A DNA stretch of 64,000 bases from an uncultured Verrucomicrobiae bacterium (GCA_963726745.1 CAVSDR010000004.1:96001-160000), one strand, 5' to 3'; positions 1 to 11,850 are shown, counted from the stretch's first letter. A program made the numbers and translations. The notes: generated by a model not told the origin, from the sequence alone.

Positions 1-1367
1 GGCGACGGCGGAAGCTGGAAGCCGTCGGAATTCATCAACCGCTCGACGAATCCGGTATCGTAGTTGCCTGCGCGGAACTCGGCGTTCTGCATGATCGCGC
101 TGTGGAACGGCACCGTGGTTTTGATCCCGGTGATGTAATACTCCTCGAGCGCGCGGCGCATGCGGTCGATCGCGGCGGTGCGGGTCGCGCCCACGCAGAT
201 GAGCTTCGCGATCATCGAGTCGTAATACGGCGGGACGACGTAGCCGGTGTAAGCGTGGGAATCGATCCGCACTCCGCGGCCGCCGGGGGCATAGTAAAAA
301 TTGATCCGGCCGGGCGACGGCTGGAAATTGCGCGCCGGATCCTCGGCGTTGATCCGGCATTGGATCGCATGCGAGCGCGGGACCGCGTTGGCCACGTGCG
401 GCGAGAGGTGCTCGCCCGCGGCGACCTTGATCTGCTCCTTCACCAGGTCGCAGCCGTAGACTTCCTCGGTGATCGTGTGCTCCACCTGGATGCGGGTGTT
501 CATCTCGATGAAGTAGTAGTGGCCTTGATTATCGACCAGGAATTCCATCGTGCCCGCGCCTTCGTAGTCGACCGCTTCCGCGAGCTTGACCGCGGCCTGG
601 CCCATCTTTTTCCGCAAGGCCGGCGTGAGCAGCGGCGACGGGCATTCCTCGATCACCTTTTGGTTGCGCCGTTGCACGGAACAATCGCGCTCGCCGAGGT
701 GAACCACCTTGCCATGGCTATCGGCCATGATCTGAAACTCCACGTGATGCGGGTTCACGATCAATTTCTCGATGTAGACGTCGCCGTTGCCGAAGGCCTT
801 CTCGGCCTCGTTCTTGGCCGCGTGGAAAAGGCCGGCAAAGCTGGCTTCGTTATGCGCCGCGCGCATTCCGCGACCACCGCCGCCGGCGACCGCCTTGATC
901 ATCACTGGGTAGCCGATCTTACGCGCGATCTTCATCCCCTCGTCTTCGTTCTCGACGATGCCGTCGCTGCCGGGCGTGACCGAAACGCCAGCCTTGCGGG
1001 CCGCGGCGCGCGCGGAATTCTTGTCGCCCATCGCGCGCATCGCGTCGGCTGAGGGCCCGATGAACTTGATCTGGCAGCTCGTGCAAACGTCGGCGAAATG
1101 CGCGTTTTCCGCGAGGAAACCGTAGCCAGGATGGATCGCATCCACGTCGCCCACTTCCGCCGCGCTCATGATCCGGTCGATCTTGAGATAACTCTCCGAG
1201 CTCGGCGGCGCGCCGATGCAGATGGCTTCATCCGCGAGCTGCACGTGGAGCGAATCGACGTCCGCCTCCGAGTAAACTGCCAGCGTCTTGACGCCTAATT
1301 CCTTGCAGGCGCGGATCACGCGCAGGGCGATTTCGCCGCGATTGGCGATGAGGATTTTCTCGAACAT
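1..1367 (-). CDS. accC: Acetyl-CoA carboxylase biotin carboxylase subunit (3' end runs off the window)
   Basis: Translated by hand from ATG at 1367 on the minus strand: [25 protein letters not shown]...; [11 protein letters not shown] and [12 protein letters not shown] motifs; adjacent to accB. Confidence 0.95.
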   Translation of the reverse strand, partial: MFEKILIANRGEIALRVIRACKELGVKTLAVYSEADVDSLHVQLADEAICIGAPPSSESYLKIDRIMSAAEVGDVDAIHPGYGFLAENAHFADVCTSCQIKFIGPSADAMRAMGDKNSARAAARKAGVSVTPGSDGIVENEDEGMKIARKIGYPVMIKAVAGGGGRGMRAAHNEASFAGLFHAAKNEAEKAFGNGDVYIEKLIVNPHHVEFQIMADSHGKVVHLGERDCSVQRRNQKVIEECPSPLLTPALRKKMGQAAVKLAEAVDYEGAGTMEFLVDNQGHYYFIEMNTRIQVEHTITEEVYGCDLVKEQIKVAAGEHLSPHVANAVPRSHAIQCRINAEDPARNFQPSPGRINFYYAPGGRGVRIDSHAYTGYVVPPYYDSMIAKLICVGATRTAAIDRMRRALEEYYITGIKTTVPFHSAIMQNAEFRAGNYDTGFVERLMNSDGFQLPPS

Positions 1368-1422
1368 CAATGCCGGCTGGCTGGGTTGCTTCGGTGCGAA
1401 ATTTCCGCGGCGCGGCGCGACC

Positions 1423-1890
1423 TCATTTCACCCGGAAAAGCGCCTGGCCAAATTGCACCGGCTTGCCGTTCTCGGCCACGATTTCGGCGATCACGCCGCT
1501 GGTCTCGGCCTTGATTTCGTTCATCACTTTCATCGCCTCGATGATGCAAACCACGGTGTCTTCCGTGACCTGCTTGCCGACCTCGACAAAGGAGGGCGAA
1601 TCCGGCGAAGCCGCGCGGTAAAACGTGCCCACCATCGGCGAGGTGATGTCCTTCAAGGCCGCGCCACTTCCCGCCGCCTGGGCTGCCTGGCTCTCCGCGG
1701 GCGCGGGCTGTGCGCCGCCGCCCCCAGGTATCGGCATTGGGACCAACTGCGGCATGGGCGCGGCAAAAACCGTCTGCTCGCCGGCACCTTTTTGCAGCTT
1801 CAACTTAAAGCCATCCTTCTCCAGTTCGAACACCGAGAGGTCGTTCTTTTTCATCAGGTCGATGATGGCTTTGATGTCTTTTAATTCCAC
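1423..1890 (-). CDS. accB: Biotin carboxyl carrier protein
   Basis: GTG start, [32 protein letters not shown] biotinylation motif. Confidence 0.95.
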   Translation of the reverse strand: MELKDIKAIIDLMKKNDLSVFELEKDGFKLKLQKGAGEQTVFAAPMPQLVPMPIPGGGGAQPAPAESQAAQAAGSGAALKDITSPMVGTFYRAASPDSPSFVEVGKQVTEDTVVCIIEAMKVMNEIKAETSGVIAEIVAENGKPVQFGQALFRVK

Positions 1891-1948
1891 GAAGTCTCCC
1901 GGGTAGATGCGCTTGGGCGAGTTAGGTAAAGCGGTTTTCTCCGGGAGG

Positions 1949-2422
1949 TCAAGCAAACGAACCGCGCGCCAGTTTCTCCAGCTGCGCGGTGCGGAAATCG
2001 AAGATGCGCTCGAGCTGCGGCCGGACGAGCAAGGGATGGAGCAGCGCGCCCAGCGGGCCCAAGGGCGGGACGTAATGCACCAGGTCGCGCACAAGCGTTT
2101 CGCTCGTCGCCCAGCGCGCTCGAAGAAATGCTCGTGATGCCAGAGCGCGATACGGCCCAACGCGCTGCTCATCGACGAAGTGATGCGGCCGCGCGACGTG
2201 CGTGATCTCCGTCAGCCACGTCATCGGAATACCAAAGAGCGGCGAGACCGTGTAGCGGATCATCAGCCCGGGATAAATCTCCGGCGGCACCTCCGACTTC
2301 ACGCAAAAGCCGAGAGTGGGCGGCGTGATCTTCGCGAGGTTGCCGGGATTGCTGAAAAAATCCCAGCAACGCTCGAGCGAGAGCGGAACTTTTTGTTCGC
2401 GAGCCAGCGTGTAGATGGGCAT
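1949..2422 (-). CDS. SRPBCC/START-like family protein (three apparent 1-nt insertions distort about 13 codons)
   Basis: WDFFSNPGNLAKITPP, FVDEQRVGPY; the conserved LWHHEHFFE appears in a shifted frame, then the frame is restored at ETLVRDLVHY. Confidence 0.8.
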   Translation of the reverse strand: MPIYTLAREQKVPLSLERCWDFFSNPGNLAKITPPTLGFCVKSEVPPEIYPGLMIRYTVSPLFGIPMTWLTEITHVARPHHFVDEQRVGPYRALASRAFLRARWATSETLVRDLVHYVPPLGPLGALLHPLLVRPQLERIFDFRTAQLEKLARGSFA

Positions 2423-2429
2423 GCGAAAG

Positions 2430-3116
2430 CTACGCCGGGGCGGCCGGGAGAGACGCGACCACCCGGCCGTCGCGCAACTGGATCTCGCGCCCTGCGGCCG
2501 CCGCCACTTCCGCGCTATGTGTCACCACGATGAGCGTCGCCCGGCGCTCCTGGCCGATTTTAGCCAGCACTTTCATGACCTTCTCGGCCGCGACGGAATC
2601 GAGGTTGCCGGTCGGTTCGTCCGCGATCAAGAGGCTGGGCCGATGCACCAGCGCGCGGGCAATCGCCGTCCGCTGCTGCTCGCCGCCGCTCAGCTGATGC
2701 ACGAAATGCCGCTCGCGTTCCGCCAGGCCGACGAGCTCGAGGAGCTCGCGCGCGCGCCGCTCGGTTTCGCCTAACGAGACGCCCTGGAGGAGCAGCGGGA
2801 AACCGACATTCTCGAGCACGTTCATCGTCGGCAGGAGATTGAAAAATTGGAAGACCAGCCCGAGCCGGTGGCGTCGATAATCGGTCAGGGCGGCGTCATT
2901 CGCGGCGTGCAACGCCAGGTCGCCGACAAAAATTTCCCCGCTGGTCGGCGTGTCCAGGCCTGCGATCAGATGCATCAGCGTGCTTTTGCCGCAGCCGCTC
3001 GGCCCGGTGATGGCGACAAATTCGCCCTCGGCGATCTCCAGCGAGACGCCATCGACCGCATGCACCGGGCGGTCGCCGCTCGTATAATGGCGGGTGACGT
3101 GGCGCAGCGAGATCAA
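2430..3116 (-). CDS. ABC transporter ATP-binding protein (LolD/MacB-like)
   Basis: Walker [17 protein letters not shown] signature, [11 protein letters not shown]-loop VTHS. Confidence 0.92.
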   Translation of the reverse strand: MISLRHVTRHYTSGDRPVHAVDGVSLEIAEGEFVAITGPSGCGKSTLMHLIAGLDTPTSGEIFVGDLALHAANDAALTDYRRHRLGLVFQFFNLLPTMNVLENVGFPLLLQGVSLGETERRARELLELVGLAERERHFVHQLSGGEQQRTAIARALVHRPSLLIADEPTGNLDSVAAEKVMKVLAKIGQERRATLIVVTHSAEVAAAAGREIQLRDGRVVASLPAAPA

Positions 3117-3888
3117 GGGTGCTTTATCCGCCAGCGACGCGGCCCGCGCAAATTGCCGGACGGACTTCCGGCTGGTTGCCGAGACCGAAGACTACGCCGT
3201 GGTCGACAAACCGCCGTTTCTCTTAGTCCACCCGACCAAGCCCGATGGCCCGCGCACGCTCTGGGGCGAGCTGCGCCAGCTCTTTGCCTACGAACTCGCG
3301 AATGGCGGCCAGGTCTCGATCGTCAATCGACTCGACCGCGAAACCAGCGGGCTGGTGCTGGTGGCGAAAACTGCGCGAGCGGCCCGCGAGTTTGGCCTGC
3401 AGATGCAGCGCGGCGAAATCGCCAAGGAATATCTCGCCGTGGCCTGGGGCTGGCCGGAGTGGGACGCGACCACGCTCGATCTCTCGCTCGCGCGGCAGGG
3501 TGCGCACAGCTTGTCGGCTATTTATCTCAAGCAGGCGCCGCATCCGGCGGGCGCCGCGGCGGTGACGCACTTCGCGGTCGAGCGCCGCTTCGAACGCGCC
3601 ACTTCCGCAGGCCAGAAGTTTTCCGTTATCCGCGCAACCCCGGTGACCGGCCGCACCCACCAAATCCGCGTGCACCTGGCCGAGCTCGGGCATCCCATCG
3701 TCGGCGACAAACTCTACGGCCCGGACGAACGCTGCTATCTCGAGTTTATCGAGACCGGCTGGACCGCGTCGCTCGAGCAGCGGCTCCTGCTCCCGCGGCA
3801 CGCGCTCCATTCCGCGAAGCTGGCCATCGCAGGCGTGGGCAGCTGGACCTGCGAGCTGCCCGACGATCTTCGAGCGTTTCTCGCTTAG
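3094..3888 (+). CDS. RluA family RNA pseudouridine synthase (true start probably TTG near 3153)
   Basis: VDKPPFLLVHP, NRLDRETSGL catalytic motif, TGRTHQIRVH, HPIVGDKLYG, LHS. Confidence 0.9.
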   Translation: MTWRSEIKGALSASDAARANCRTDFRLVAETEDYAVVDKPPFLLVHPTKPDGPRTLWGELRQLFAYELANGGQVSIVNRLDRETSGLVLVAKTARAAREFGLQMQRGEIAKEYLAVAWGWPEWDATTLDLSLARQGAHSLSAIYLKQAPHPAGAAAVTHFAVERRFERATSAGQKFSVIRATPVTGRTHQIRVHLAELGHPIVGDKLYGPDERCYLEFIETGWTASLEQRLLLPRHALHSAKLAIAGVGSWTCELPDDLRAFLA

Positions 3889-4529
3889 CGCTCGACCTTG
3901 ATGTCCGCGAAGCGGATCACCTTCCCGCCGAAATCGTGATAGGTCGATAGCTGGAGCCCGCCGAAATCCTGATACTTGTCCCAGGTAGCGTGCATCGTGG
4001 TGTCAGGCTTCGGGCTGTAATCCCAGGAGCGAACCAGCTTGGTCGCCGGGTCAACGTAGAGGACATACTGGTCGTTAGGCGTCAGGCCCACTTTGCCGAA
4101 TTGCATCCGGAGCGCTTCCAGCTCCGCACCGTCGATCGATTTCTTTCCTTCGGCGGTCAGGGTCACGCCAGGATCGAGCACCTTCAATGGCGCGAGCAGC
4201 CAGTAGGCGTCGTTCGTCCAGCGCGCGTAGGCCGCCTTGGCGTTCTCGTCGTTGCCGGGATTGGCCAGGTTCACGGTTACGTCTTTGTCTTTCCACTTCA
4301 CGTGATCGGTCTGAGCGGCCACGTCCCAGTCGTGCGTTGCGGAAACGAGCTCCTTTCCCTGGTCTTCGACGATGAAGGTGAATTGGAGCCGCTTCACCTG
4401 GCTCCAGTTTTCGCCGCCGCTCGCTTTCCAGACTTCCTTCGCCAATTGCTGCGCCCGGGCGTCCTCCGCGCGCGCCTGGAAGCCAAGGGAAACGGAGAGC
4501 AAGAGAACGGGAAGAAGCAGCGATTTCAT
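3885..4529 (-). CDS. Secreted hypothetical protein
   Basis: Signal peptide MKSLLLPVLLLSVSLGFQARA; NDAYWLLAPLK and GLTPNDQY conserved-looking blocks; host-like codon usage. Confidence 0.75.
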   Translation of the reverse strand: MKSLLLPVLLLSVSLGFQARAEDARAQQLAKEVWKASGGENWSQVKRLQFTFIVEDQGKELVSATHDWDVAAQTDHVKWKDKDVTVNLANPGNDENAKAAYARWTNDAYWLLAPLKVLDPGVTLTAEGKKSIDGAELEALRMQFGKVGLTPNDQYVLYVDPATKLVRSWDYSPKPDTTMHATWDKYQDFGGLQLSTYHDFGGKVIRFADIKVER

Positions 4530-4597
4530 GAGGAGGAAGCTGCCAGCCGCCGCGCGCATTGCAATCACTCGCGCTCATCCTATCGTAGCGCGCGCTC

Positions 4598-5218
4598 ATG
4601 ATTTTCCACCGCCTTTCCCTGTTCGTTCTTGCGCTTACGCTTGCGGCCGTGCCGCTGGTTTCCGCCGGCACCGAAGCCGTCAGCCGGCATCTTGGCGGCG
4701 CCACGGAACTGGTCGCGCCGAGCTTCGAAGTCGCGGCCGAAACCTCTTACCTGCTCGGCTCTTTTGCGAATCCGAACAGCTATGAGGTTGGCGCGCTTTT
4801 CGTGACTGCCCGTTGGCGCTGGGGCAAGATCGAGCGGCCCGGTTTTTGGCGCGGTTACAACCAGGTCTACTTCCTCGGGATGGCCGAGCCGATCTTTCGC
4901 GGCCCGGAGAACTTCTACTACGGAGTTAGCGCCGGTTTCCGCTACAACTTCGTCCAGCCGGGCGCGCGCCTCGTGCCTTACGTCAGCGGCGGCGTCGGCC
5001 TCGGATGGATCGACAGCCACGCGAACGTCTTCGGCGCGCAAGGCCAGGATTTTACTTTCAACATCCTGACCGCGCTCGGCGTTTCCTATCGCCTGAACGA
5101 TCGCACCAGCCTGACCGTCGGCGCGCTTTACCAGCATCTTTCCAACGGCGGCCAGACCGATCCCAACCCGAGCCTTAATCTTTTCGGCCCGCAGGTCGGC
5201 CTGACCTGGGCGTTTTAG
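4598..5218 (+). CDS. Acyloxyacyl hydrolase / PagL-like lipid A 3-O-deacylase beta-barrel
   Basis: Signal peptide, alternating beta strands, YQHLSNGG (HxSN) motif, NPSLN, C-terminal Phe. Confidence 0.8.
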   Translation: MIFHRLSLFVLALTLAAVPLVSAGTEAVSRHLGGATELVAPSFEVAAETSYLLGSFANPNSYEVGALFVTARWRWGKIERPGFWRGYNQVYFLGMAEPIFRGPENFYYGVSAGFRYNFVQPGARLVPYVSGGVGLGWIDSHANVFGAQGQDFTFNILTALGVSYRLNDRTSLTVGALYQHLSNGGQTDPNPSLNLFGPQVGLTWAF

Positions 5219-5226
5219 ACAGCGAG

Positions 5227-5841
5227 ATGGCGGAAGAAAACGTCCTCGTCGTCCGGCGCAGTCTCCTGGACGAGCTGGGCACTTTTCAGGGTTTGAACTT
5301 CGAGCCGGAGAAATATCTCGGCGCGCTCCTTTCGCGCGGAAATAATTTCTTTCTCCCGCGCGCGCAGGCGGAGAACGATCCGACGCACAAGCAGCTCATC
5401 CCTTACGTGCTCGTGGCGCACGAAGGTAAGGTGCTGCATTACGTGCGCGGGAAAAAAGCCGGCGAGCAGCGCCTGGTCGCGAAAGGTTCCATCGGCATCG
5501 GCGGGCACATGAACGACACCGACGAGTCGCTTTTTGCCTGGGACGAAGCGGCCTACCGCGCCGGGGTCGAGCGCGAGGTCACCGAGGAAATTAAAATAGG
5601 CAGCACTTTCACCGACCGGATCGTGGCGCTCTTGAACGACGACAGCACCGAGGTCGGACGGGTGCACCTCGGGATCGTCCATGTCTTCCAGTTGGCGGAA
5701 GCGAAAGCCGAGAAGCGCGAGTCGATGATTACCAACCTCGCCTTCCTCAGTCGCGCCGAGCTCGAGGAGAAACGCGACGCGCTCGAGACCTGGTCGCAGC
5801 TCTGCCTGGACTCGTTAGACCGGCTCCTCGCGGCTCAATAA
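5227..5841 (+). CDS. NUDIX-like predicted phosphoesterase
   Basis: AENDPTHKQLIPY, SIGIGGHMN, REVTEE, NDDSTEVGRVHLG. Confidence 0.8.
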   Translation: MAEENVLVVRRSLLDELGTFQGLNFEPEKYLGALLSRGNNFFLPRAQAENDPTHKQLIPYVLVAHEGKVLHYVRGKKAGEQRLVAKGSIGIGGHMNDTDESLFAWDEAAYRAGVEREVTEEIKIGSTFTDRIVALLNDDSTEVGRVHLGIVHVFQLAEAKAEKRESMITNLAFLSRAELEEKRDALETWSQLCLDSLDRLLAAQ

Positions 5842-6215
5842 CGCGGACGCCCGCCCCAGAGGACGGTGCCGTTCTGGATGACCACCCGGTAACGCTGTTT
5901 CCCGGTGTAGGAGCCGAATTGGTTCCGCGCATTGACCTTGAAGTCGACCACGTAGCCGACGAAACGCTCGCCGCTCCGCGTCTTGTATTCGCCCGGTTTG
6001 GGCGGGGCGTCCCAATCGATCACCGCGCTCGCGGGGTCGGCCAGCTTCGTCTCCAGCCAGCGCTCGACGATCGACTTGTAACCAAGCGGCGGCTGACCGT
6101 AGACCGCTGGGTCGCCGCGCGTGGGGATGACTTCGCTGGGTTTCTGCGCCGGGACCAGCGGCAGGCCGGTGCAGAGAAGCGCCAGCGCGAGAAGCATCGT
6201 TTTCGTTCTGCTCAT
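5835..6215 (-). CDS. Secreted hypothetical protein
   Basis: Signal peptide; LADPASA and VNARNQFGSYTG motifs. Confidence 0.7.
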   Translation of the reverse strand: MSRTKTMLLALALLCTGLPLVPAQKPSEVIPTRGDPAVYGQPPLGYKSIVERWLETKLADPASAVIDWDAPPKPGEYKTRSGERFVGYVVDFKVNARNQFGSYTGKQRYRVVIQNGTVLWGGRPRY

Positions 6216-6253
6216 GCGGAAAACTTACGCCGCGGGGCGGACATGGTCGAGCG

Positions 6254-7913
6254 CTACGGCTGCGGATTAGCGAGCAATCTCCAAAAAAACGGCGAGCCCG
6301 CCGGCACGTTGTGGTCCTCCATCGAGCTCGGCGCCCACGGCTGCGGCGAGGCCGGCCCGGTCGAAATCACCGACCAATTCCGCAGGTCGGGCGAGCGCTC
6401 CAAAGTGTAGGCAAAACCAAAGAGCGCGGTGTAGGCGAACATCGCCGTCGGGCGTCCACTGCCGATCACCAACCGCGGCGGAAACTCCCGCTGCGCCAGC
6501 TCCGCCGGGTCTTCCCGCGCCGGCAGGAGAAAACGCAGCGCCTGCGGCAAACGCGCGGCCCAAGCGGCTTCGTTGTGCGCCTGCCCGCAGCCGCCAACAA
6601 ACGTGACCTCGCCATTCGCGGCGTAGCCTTGCCCAAGGTGAGTATCGAACATTGCGAGCGCGTTGTTCCAATCGCTCGCCGGCTCGGCGGTGCCGAAATC
6701 CAGATAGACCCGGAGCGGCTTCTTCGAGCCGGCATTTACCTGCGCGACATAGTTCGGCGCGATCCACCAGGCGCTCGAAAAGACGCCGGCCCTGCCGAAG
6801 ACCGGGAACTCGCGCGCGAAATAAAGCGAGATCAAACCGCCTAACGAGGAGCCGGCGATGACGGTGTTCTTCGGATCGTTCAAGGTGCGATAGGTCGTAT
6901 CGACGTAAGGCCGCACGTTGTTGATCACGAAATTGGCGTAGGCGTCGCCACGGCCTTGAGTGCCCTGATAGGAATCCGTCGGCGGCATGTATTCCGGGAT
7001 GCGCGCGGCGGTGTTATCGATCGCCACCAGGATGGCCTCGCGCATCCGCCCCTGCCCGATCTCGCGCGTGGCCGTGGCGTCCGCGCTCCAGGAACCGAAG
7101 GAGCCGCCGGGATCGAAAACGTTCTGCCCATCGTGCAGGTAAAGCACCGGGTAACGGCGCGTGCTGTTCTGGGGGTAAGCGCGCGGCAGATAAATGCGGA
7201 TGTTGCGCCCGGCGATATTCGGCGCGGTCGAGTTGACGAACTGCGTGACGATCTGCGGCGGGCTCACCGTGGCCGGCGGTTGATACGAGAAAACGTTCCC
7301 GTCCTGCACCTGGAAAACGTCGAGATCGGTGAGGTAATTTCCGCCGCCCGGCGGGTTATCGTAGTGCCCGGCGCCGTCCGTGAAGACGAACTCGAGCGCC
7401 TCGCCTTCCACGCCTACGCCGCTGATTTTAAACAGCGACTCGCCCGTCGACGCGCCCAGCACCGACCTTGGCCATGGCCGCGGCGACGAAGGTGCCGTTG
7501 GAGTTATAGAAGAGGTTGGTCGTGTTCCAGCCGCTCAGGTAGTAGATCGTTTTCCCGCGATAAGGCGGCTCCGGCGCGGGCGGGATGGTGCGGGTGAGAT
7601 CGCTCGTTAGCCAGGTGGCGTTGCTCGAGTTGCACCAGGCGGAGTTCGCGGTGCTGCGCGCGAGAAAGCGATACTGCAACTGCGTCCCTGCCTGCACCGC
7701 CACCTGCGCGGTCCAAACGTTGCCCGCGGTGTAGCGCAGCTTGATCGCGCGGGTGACGTCCCAGTTCCCAAGGTCCGCATGATTGCCGGAAACGAAGACG
7801 CTGTTCCCGAAGCCGACGTCGCCGGTGTAGGAAAACGTGACCGTTTCGCGTTGCGGGCTGGAAGCGAAGACCGAAGTCGCGAGGCAAACAAACAGGAGGA
7901 GGGCGAGGCGCAT
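6254..7913 (-). CDS. Secreted CBM20 (starch-binding) + alpha/beta-hydrolase esterase; one +1 frameshift near 7444
   Basis: N-part: GNSVFVSGNHADLGNWD (CBM20). C-part: YPVLYLHDGQNVF, GSSLGG nucleophile, HNEAAW. Removing one G joins GRVDG to ESLFKIS. Confidence 0.85.
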
Positions 7914-7970
7914 GGGAAGCGGGCCACCTTGCACGGCGCGCCGCGGGAAGACAAGCGGCGCCACCGCGAT

Positions 7971-10662
7971 CTACCCAGTGGTGCGCAGGCCGCTGGCGAT
8001 CGCGTTCACGGTCACGAGCAGCTGGATAAAAAGCGGATCGCTGGAAATCTCCGTGGCGTGCTCCGCCGCGCGCCATTCTCGCAGAAGCTGGATCTGCTGC
8101 CGGTGGAGCATGGCCAGCCCGGAATGGCGCAGCTGGAGCACGCGCGCCAGCCGCGGCCGGCGCGCGAGCAGGTCCGCGCCGAAGATCTGCTCGAGCAGTC
8201 TCCGTGTGCGGATGTATTCCGCTTCGATCAATCCAAAGACGCGCGCGCGCGTCGCCTCGTCCTCCACCAGCGCGGAGTATTCCCGCATCAATTCGAGATC
8301 AGCCTGGAGCACGCTCGTGCTCACATTCATCAAGAGATACCGCAGCGGCGGCCAATCCGGCGCCTGCGCGCGCAGCGCCTCGAAGCTCGCGGGATCGCGC
8401 GCCAGCAAATCCTCCAAGGCCGCGCCCACGCCATACCAGCTCGGGAGATAAAAGCGCGCCTGGCTCCAGGAAAAAACCCACGGAATCGCGCGCAGATCGT
8501 TCAAGCTCGAGCGCCCGCTGCGCCGGGCCGGGCGCGACCCGATGCGGCTCGACTCGATCACATCCAGCGGCGTCGCCTCCTTGAAAAACGTTAGAAAACC
8601 CTCGGCCTGCAGGAGCTCCTCGTAAGCTTGCCGGCTAATTTCCGTGAGCTGCTCGATCACCGGCTGCAATGCGTGCGCCGGCGCGCTCGTCTCCGCGCGG
8701 CCGATGGTGGTGGCCGCCGCGCCCGCCAGGAGCAGCTCGAGATTGCGCACCGCGGTGATGTGGTTGGCGTACTTCTGCGCGATCGTTTCCCCCTGCTCGG
8801 TCATGCGCAGGTCGCCGCTGCGCGCGGCCGGCGGAAGCGCGTTCAGAAAACGGTGCGTCGGCCCGGCGCCGCGGCTGATCGTCCCGCCGCGCCCGTGGAA
8901 GAAACGGATGCCTAACGAGTGCTTGCGCGCGACCGCGGCCAGTTCCTCCTGCGCCCGGTAAAGGCACCAATGGCTCGCGAAGATGCCGCCATCCTTGTTG
9001 CTGTCGCTGTAGCCGATCATCACCTGCTGGACCGCCTGCGCGCCGCCGCTCAGGAGGCGTTGCGCTTCCAGGCTGCGACGCGTGACCGGGTGCGCGAGAA
9101 ATTCATCCAGCACCTCGGCGGCGCGCCCGAGATCCTCCACCGTTTCGAAAAGCGGCACCACCGGCACCCGGCAGACCAGCCCCTCCGGCGTGCCGACCGC
9201 GAGCCCGGCTTCGCGCGCGAGCAGGTAAACCACGAGCAAGTCGGAGGCGTTCCGCGTCAGGCTCACGATCAGCGAACCCACGCCCCCGGGGCCGTGCGCC
9301 TGCAAATAATTAGCCAGCACTTTCAGGCCGTCGCGCACCGCCGTGGCTTCCGCGCCGACCTCGGCATCCGGCTGCGCAAACGGTCGCGAAGTCGCCAGCT
9401 CCCGCTCGAGAAACTCCCGGCGCGCCGACCTCGTCCCAGCCGGAGAAACTTTCCCTCGGCCACGCCCGCCGCCGTGAGCAATTGCTCCAGCGCGAGCTCA
9501 TGCACCCGGCTGTTCTGCCGCAGGTCGAGCGCCGCCAGATGAAAGCCAAAGGTCTGCACCAGGCGCATCACCGGCTCCACATCGGCCTCGGCCAGGCGGG
9601 CCGCGCCGATCTCCCGGAGGGAAGCGCGCAGAAAGCGCAGGTCCTCCATCAACTCGTTAGGCGAAGCATAGTCCGGTAGCCGGGCCACGATCAGGCTGGC
9701 AAATTGCCGCCAGGGCTCCTGCGGGTTGCGCAGGAGCGCCTTCTGCCCGCGCTTCCCGAGCTGCGCCGCGACCGCGGCCACGCGCTCGAGCAGCGTCGCC
9801 GGCGGTTCCTGCAGAAGCGCGGCCAGGCTCAGGCGCGCGGCCAAGGTCGAGAGACGCCCGTGCAGGAACTCGAGCGCGTTTGCCCGCAGCGTCTGCAAGG
9901 TGCGCGCGGTCACCTCCGCGGTGACTAACGAGTGGCCGTCGCGGTCGCCGCCGACCCAGTTCCCAAAAGCCAGGCGCGGGAGCTGCCCGGGGTCCTGCAG
10001 GAGTGCGGGATCGAAGCCGGTTTCCGCCCAGGCCGCGCGCAGCCGGGCGTCGAGCACCGGGAGGGCGTCGGGAAAAACTTCGCGCAAGTAGTGGATCACG
10101 TTCCGCAGTTCGGCGGTGATGTCGGGCTTGCGGATGAGGATTTCGCCCGCGCGCCAAAGGCGCTCGAGCACCGCCTTGATTTCGTCGCGCAGCAGCCGCC
10201 GCTCGAGCGGCGTCCACATCTGGTTTTCGCAGCGCACCAGCAGGAGATAGAGCTCGCGGTGGCAGCCGAGCGCGGTCGCGCGTTTCGCCTCCGTCGGGTG
10301 CGCCGTGAGCACCGGCTCGACCCGGAGCAATCGGCAAAGCGCTGGCTATTTCCTCCGCGCTCCGTCCATTCGCCGCAAGGGTGCGCAAGGCGCGGCCCCA
10401 GCTGCCACTGGTGCCGGCGAGACCCTCGGCCGTTTCCTGCGCCCGGCGATGTTGCGCGGCCGCGTTTTCCTCCGCGAGGTTGAGCAACTGGAAGGCGATC
10501 GATTGCGCCTGCGCGACCGCCTGGGAGGAGGTTGCGCTGCGAGGGCTCGTTCGCCGACGAGATCGCGGCGGCGACCTCCGCTTCGCCCAATTCCTCGAGC
10601 ACCTCGCAAAAACAGCGGAGCAGGAAGGCGTAGTCCCGCTCAGCTTTTTCCATCTCGACCAT
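7971..10662 (-). CDS. ppc: Phosphoenolpyruvate carboxylase, split by about four +1 frameshifts (near 10542, 10331, 9450, 9430)
   Basis: LLNLAEEN, VLTAHPTE, WVGGDRDG, VMIGYSDSNKDGG, FHGRGGTISRG, LRAIPWVFSWSQ, C-terminal RTTG, spread over consecutive frames. Confidence 0.92.
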
Positions 10663-10718
10663 GTGTGGTCTTCCGCGGGCCCGGCCTGCGCCAGGCGGTG
10701 AAAGTGCTGTCTAAATTC

Positions 10719-11846
10719 CTAGCGCTGGTCGAGCGGCGTGACCGTTTTCCCGACCGGTTCGCCGACGTATTCGCTCAGCGGGCGGTAAAGGCGGTTGTCC
10801 TCGAGTTGCTCGAGCACGTGCGCGCACCAACCGGAGCAACGGGCGATCGCGAAAACGGGAGTGAAAAGATCGGTCGGAATGCCTAACGAGTAGTAGACCG
10901 TCGCGCTGTAGAAATCGACGTTCGCGTTCAGGTTCTTCTTCTCCTTCATCAAGGTGGCGATGCGCTCGCTCATCCGGATCCACTTCGGCTCGCCCAGTTT
11001 TTCGCTCAGCTTGACCGCCATCTTTTGCAGGTGAGGCGCGCGCGGGTCGAGCGTTTTGTAAACCCGGTGGCCGATGCCCATGATCTTCCGCTTCTGCGCG
11101 AGCTGCTCCTCGATGTAGCGGTCGACTTTTTCCTCGCTCCCGATTTCCTCGAGCATCTGGATCACGCCTTCATTCGCGCCGCCGTGCAGCGGGCCCTTGA
11201 GCGTGCCGATGGCGGAAGTGATCGCGGAATAAATGTCGCTCAGCGTCGCGATGGTCACGCGCGCGCTGAAGGTGGAGGCGTTCATCCCGTGATCGGCATG
11301 GAGGACAAAGGCCACGTCGAGGGTGTCGACTGCTTCCTGCGAAGGCTCTTCGCCGGACATGAGGTAAAGGAAATGCGCGGCCTCGCTCAGGTCCTGGCGC
11401 ACGGGGGGCAATTCCTTGCCCTGGCGCGCGCGGTGGAAGTAAGCCGCGATCACGCCGATCTTCGCGGTGATGCTGCGGGCGCGTTCGAGGTTCCGCTCCG
11501 GTGTCGCATTTTGCTCGAGGTCGGCATCGTAGAGCCCGAGCATGGAGACGGCGGTGCGGATGACATCCATCGGGCCGGCTTGCTTCGGCGCCGACTTCAG
11601 GAAATCGATCACGCCCTGCGGGAGTTCGCGCTGCGCGCGCAACGTCGCGGAACACTTCTCGAGTTCGCTGCGAGTCGGCAGCTGGTTGTTCCAGAGCAGG
11701 TAGACGACTTCCTCGTAGCTCACTTTGCCAGCGAGCTCGTTGATATCGTAACCCGCGTAAACCAGCTGTCCCTTGTCGCCCACCACGGCGCTTAGGCGCG
11801 TGGTGTTGGCGACGATTCCTTCAAGTCCTTTGGCAATAACCGGCAT
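10719..11846 (-). CDS. gltA: Citrate synthase
   Basis: HADHGMNASTFSAR, GPLHGGANE, GIGHRVYK, NVDFYS. Confidence 0.95.
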   Translation of the reverse strand: MPVIAKGLEGIVANTTRLSAVVGDKGQLVYAGYDINELAGKVSYEEVVYLLWNNQLPTRSELEKCSATLRAQRELPQGVIDFLKSAPKQAGPMDVIRTAVSMLGLYDADLEQNATPERNLERARSITAKIGVIAAYFHRARQGKELPPVRQDLSEAAHFLYLMSGEEPSQEAVDTLDVAFVLHADHGMNASTFSARVTIATLSDIYSAITSAIGTLKGPLHGGANEGVIQMLEEIGSEEKVDRYIEEQLAQKRKIMGIGHRVYKTLDPRAPHLQKMAVKLSEKLGEPKWIRMSERIATLMKEKKNLNANVDFYSATVYYSLGIPTDLFTPVFAIARCSGWCAHVLEQLEDNRLYRPLSEYVGEPVGKTVTPLDQR

Positions 11847-11850
11847 CGCG

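Noticed and set aside
102..1298. Long plus-strand ORFs here and the many other antisense ORFs in the track
   Set aside because: Shadow frames of GC-rich genes on the opposite strand (here accC); no recognisable motifs.
7971..10662. ppc as a true pseudogene or programmed-frameshift gene
   Set aside because: All catalytic motifs are intact, there are no nonsense codons or slippery heptamers, and the same +1 pattern recurs across unrelated genes.
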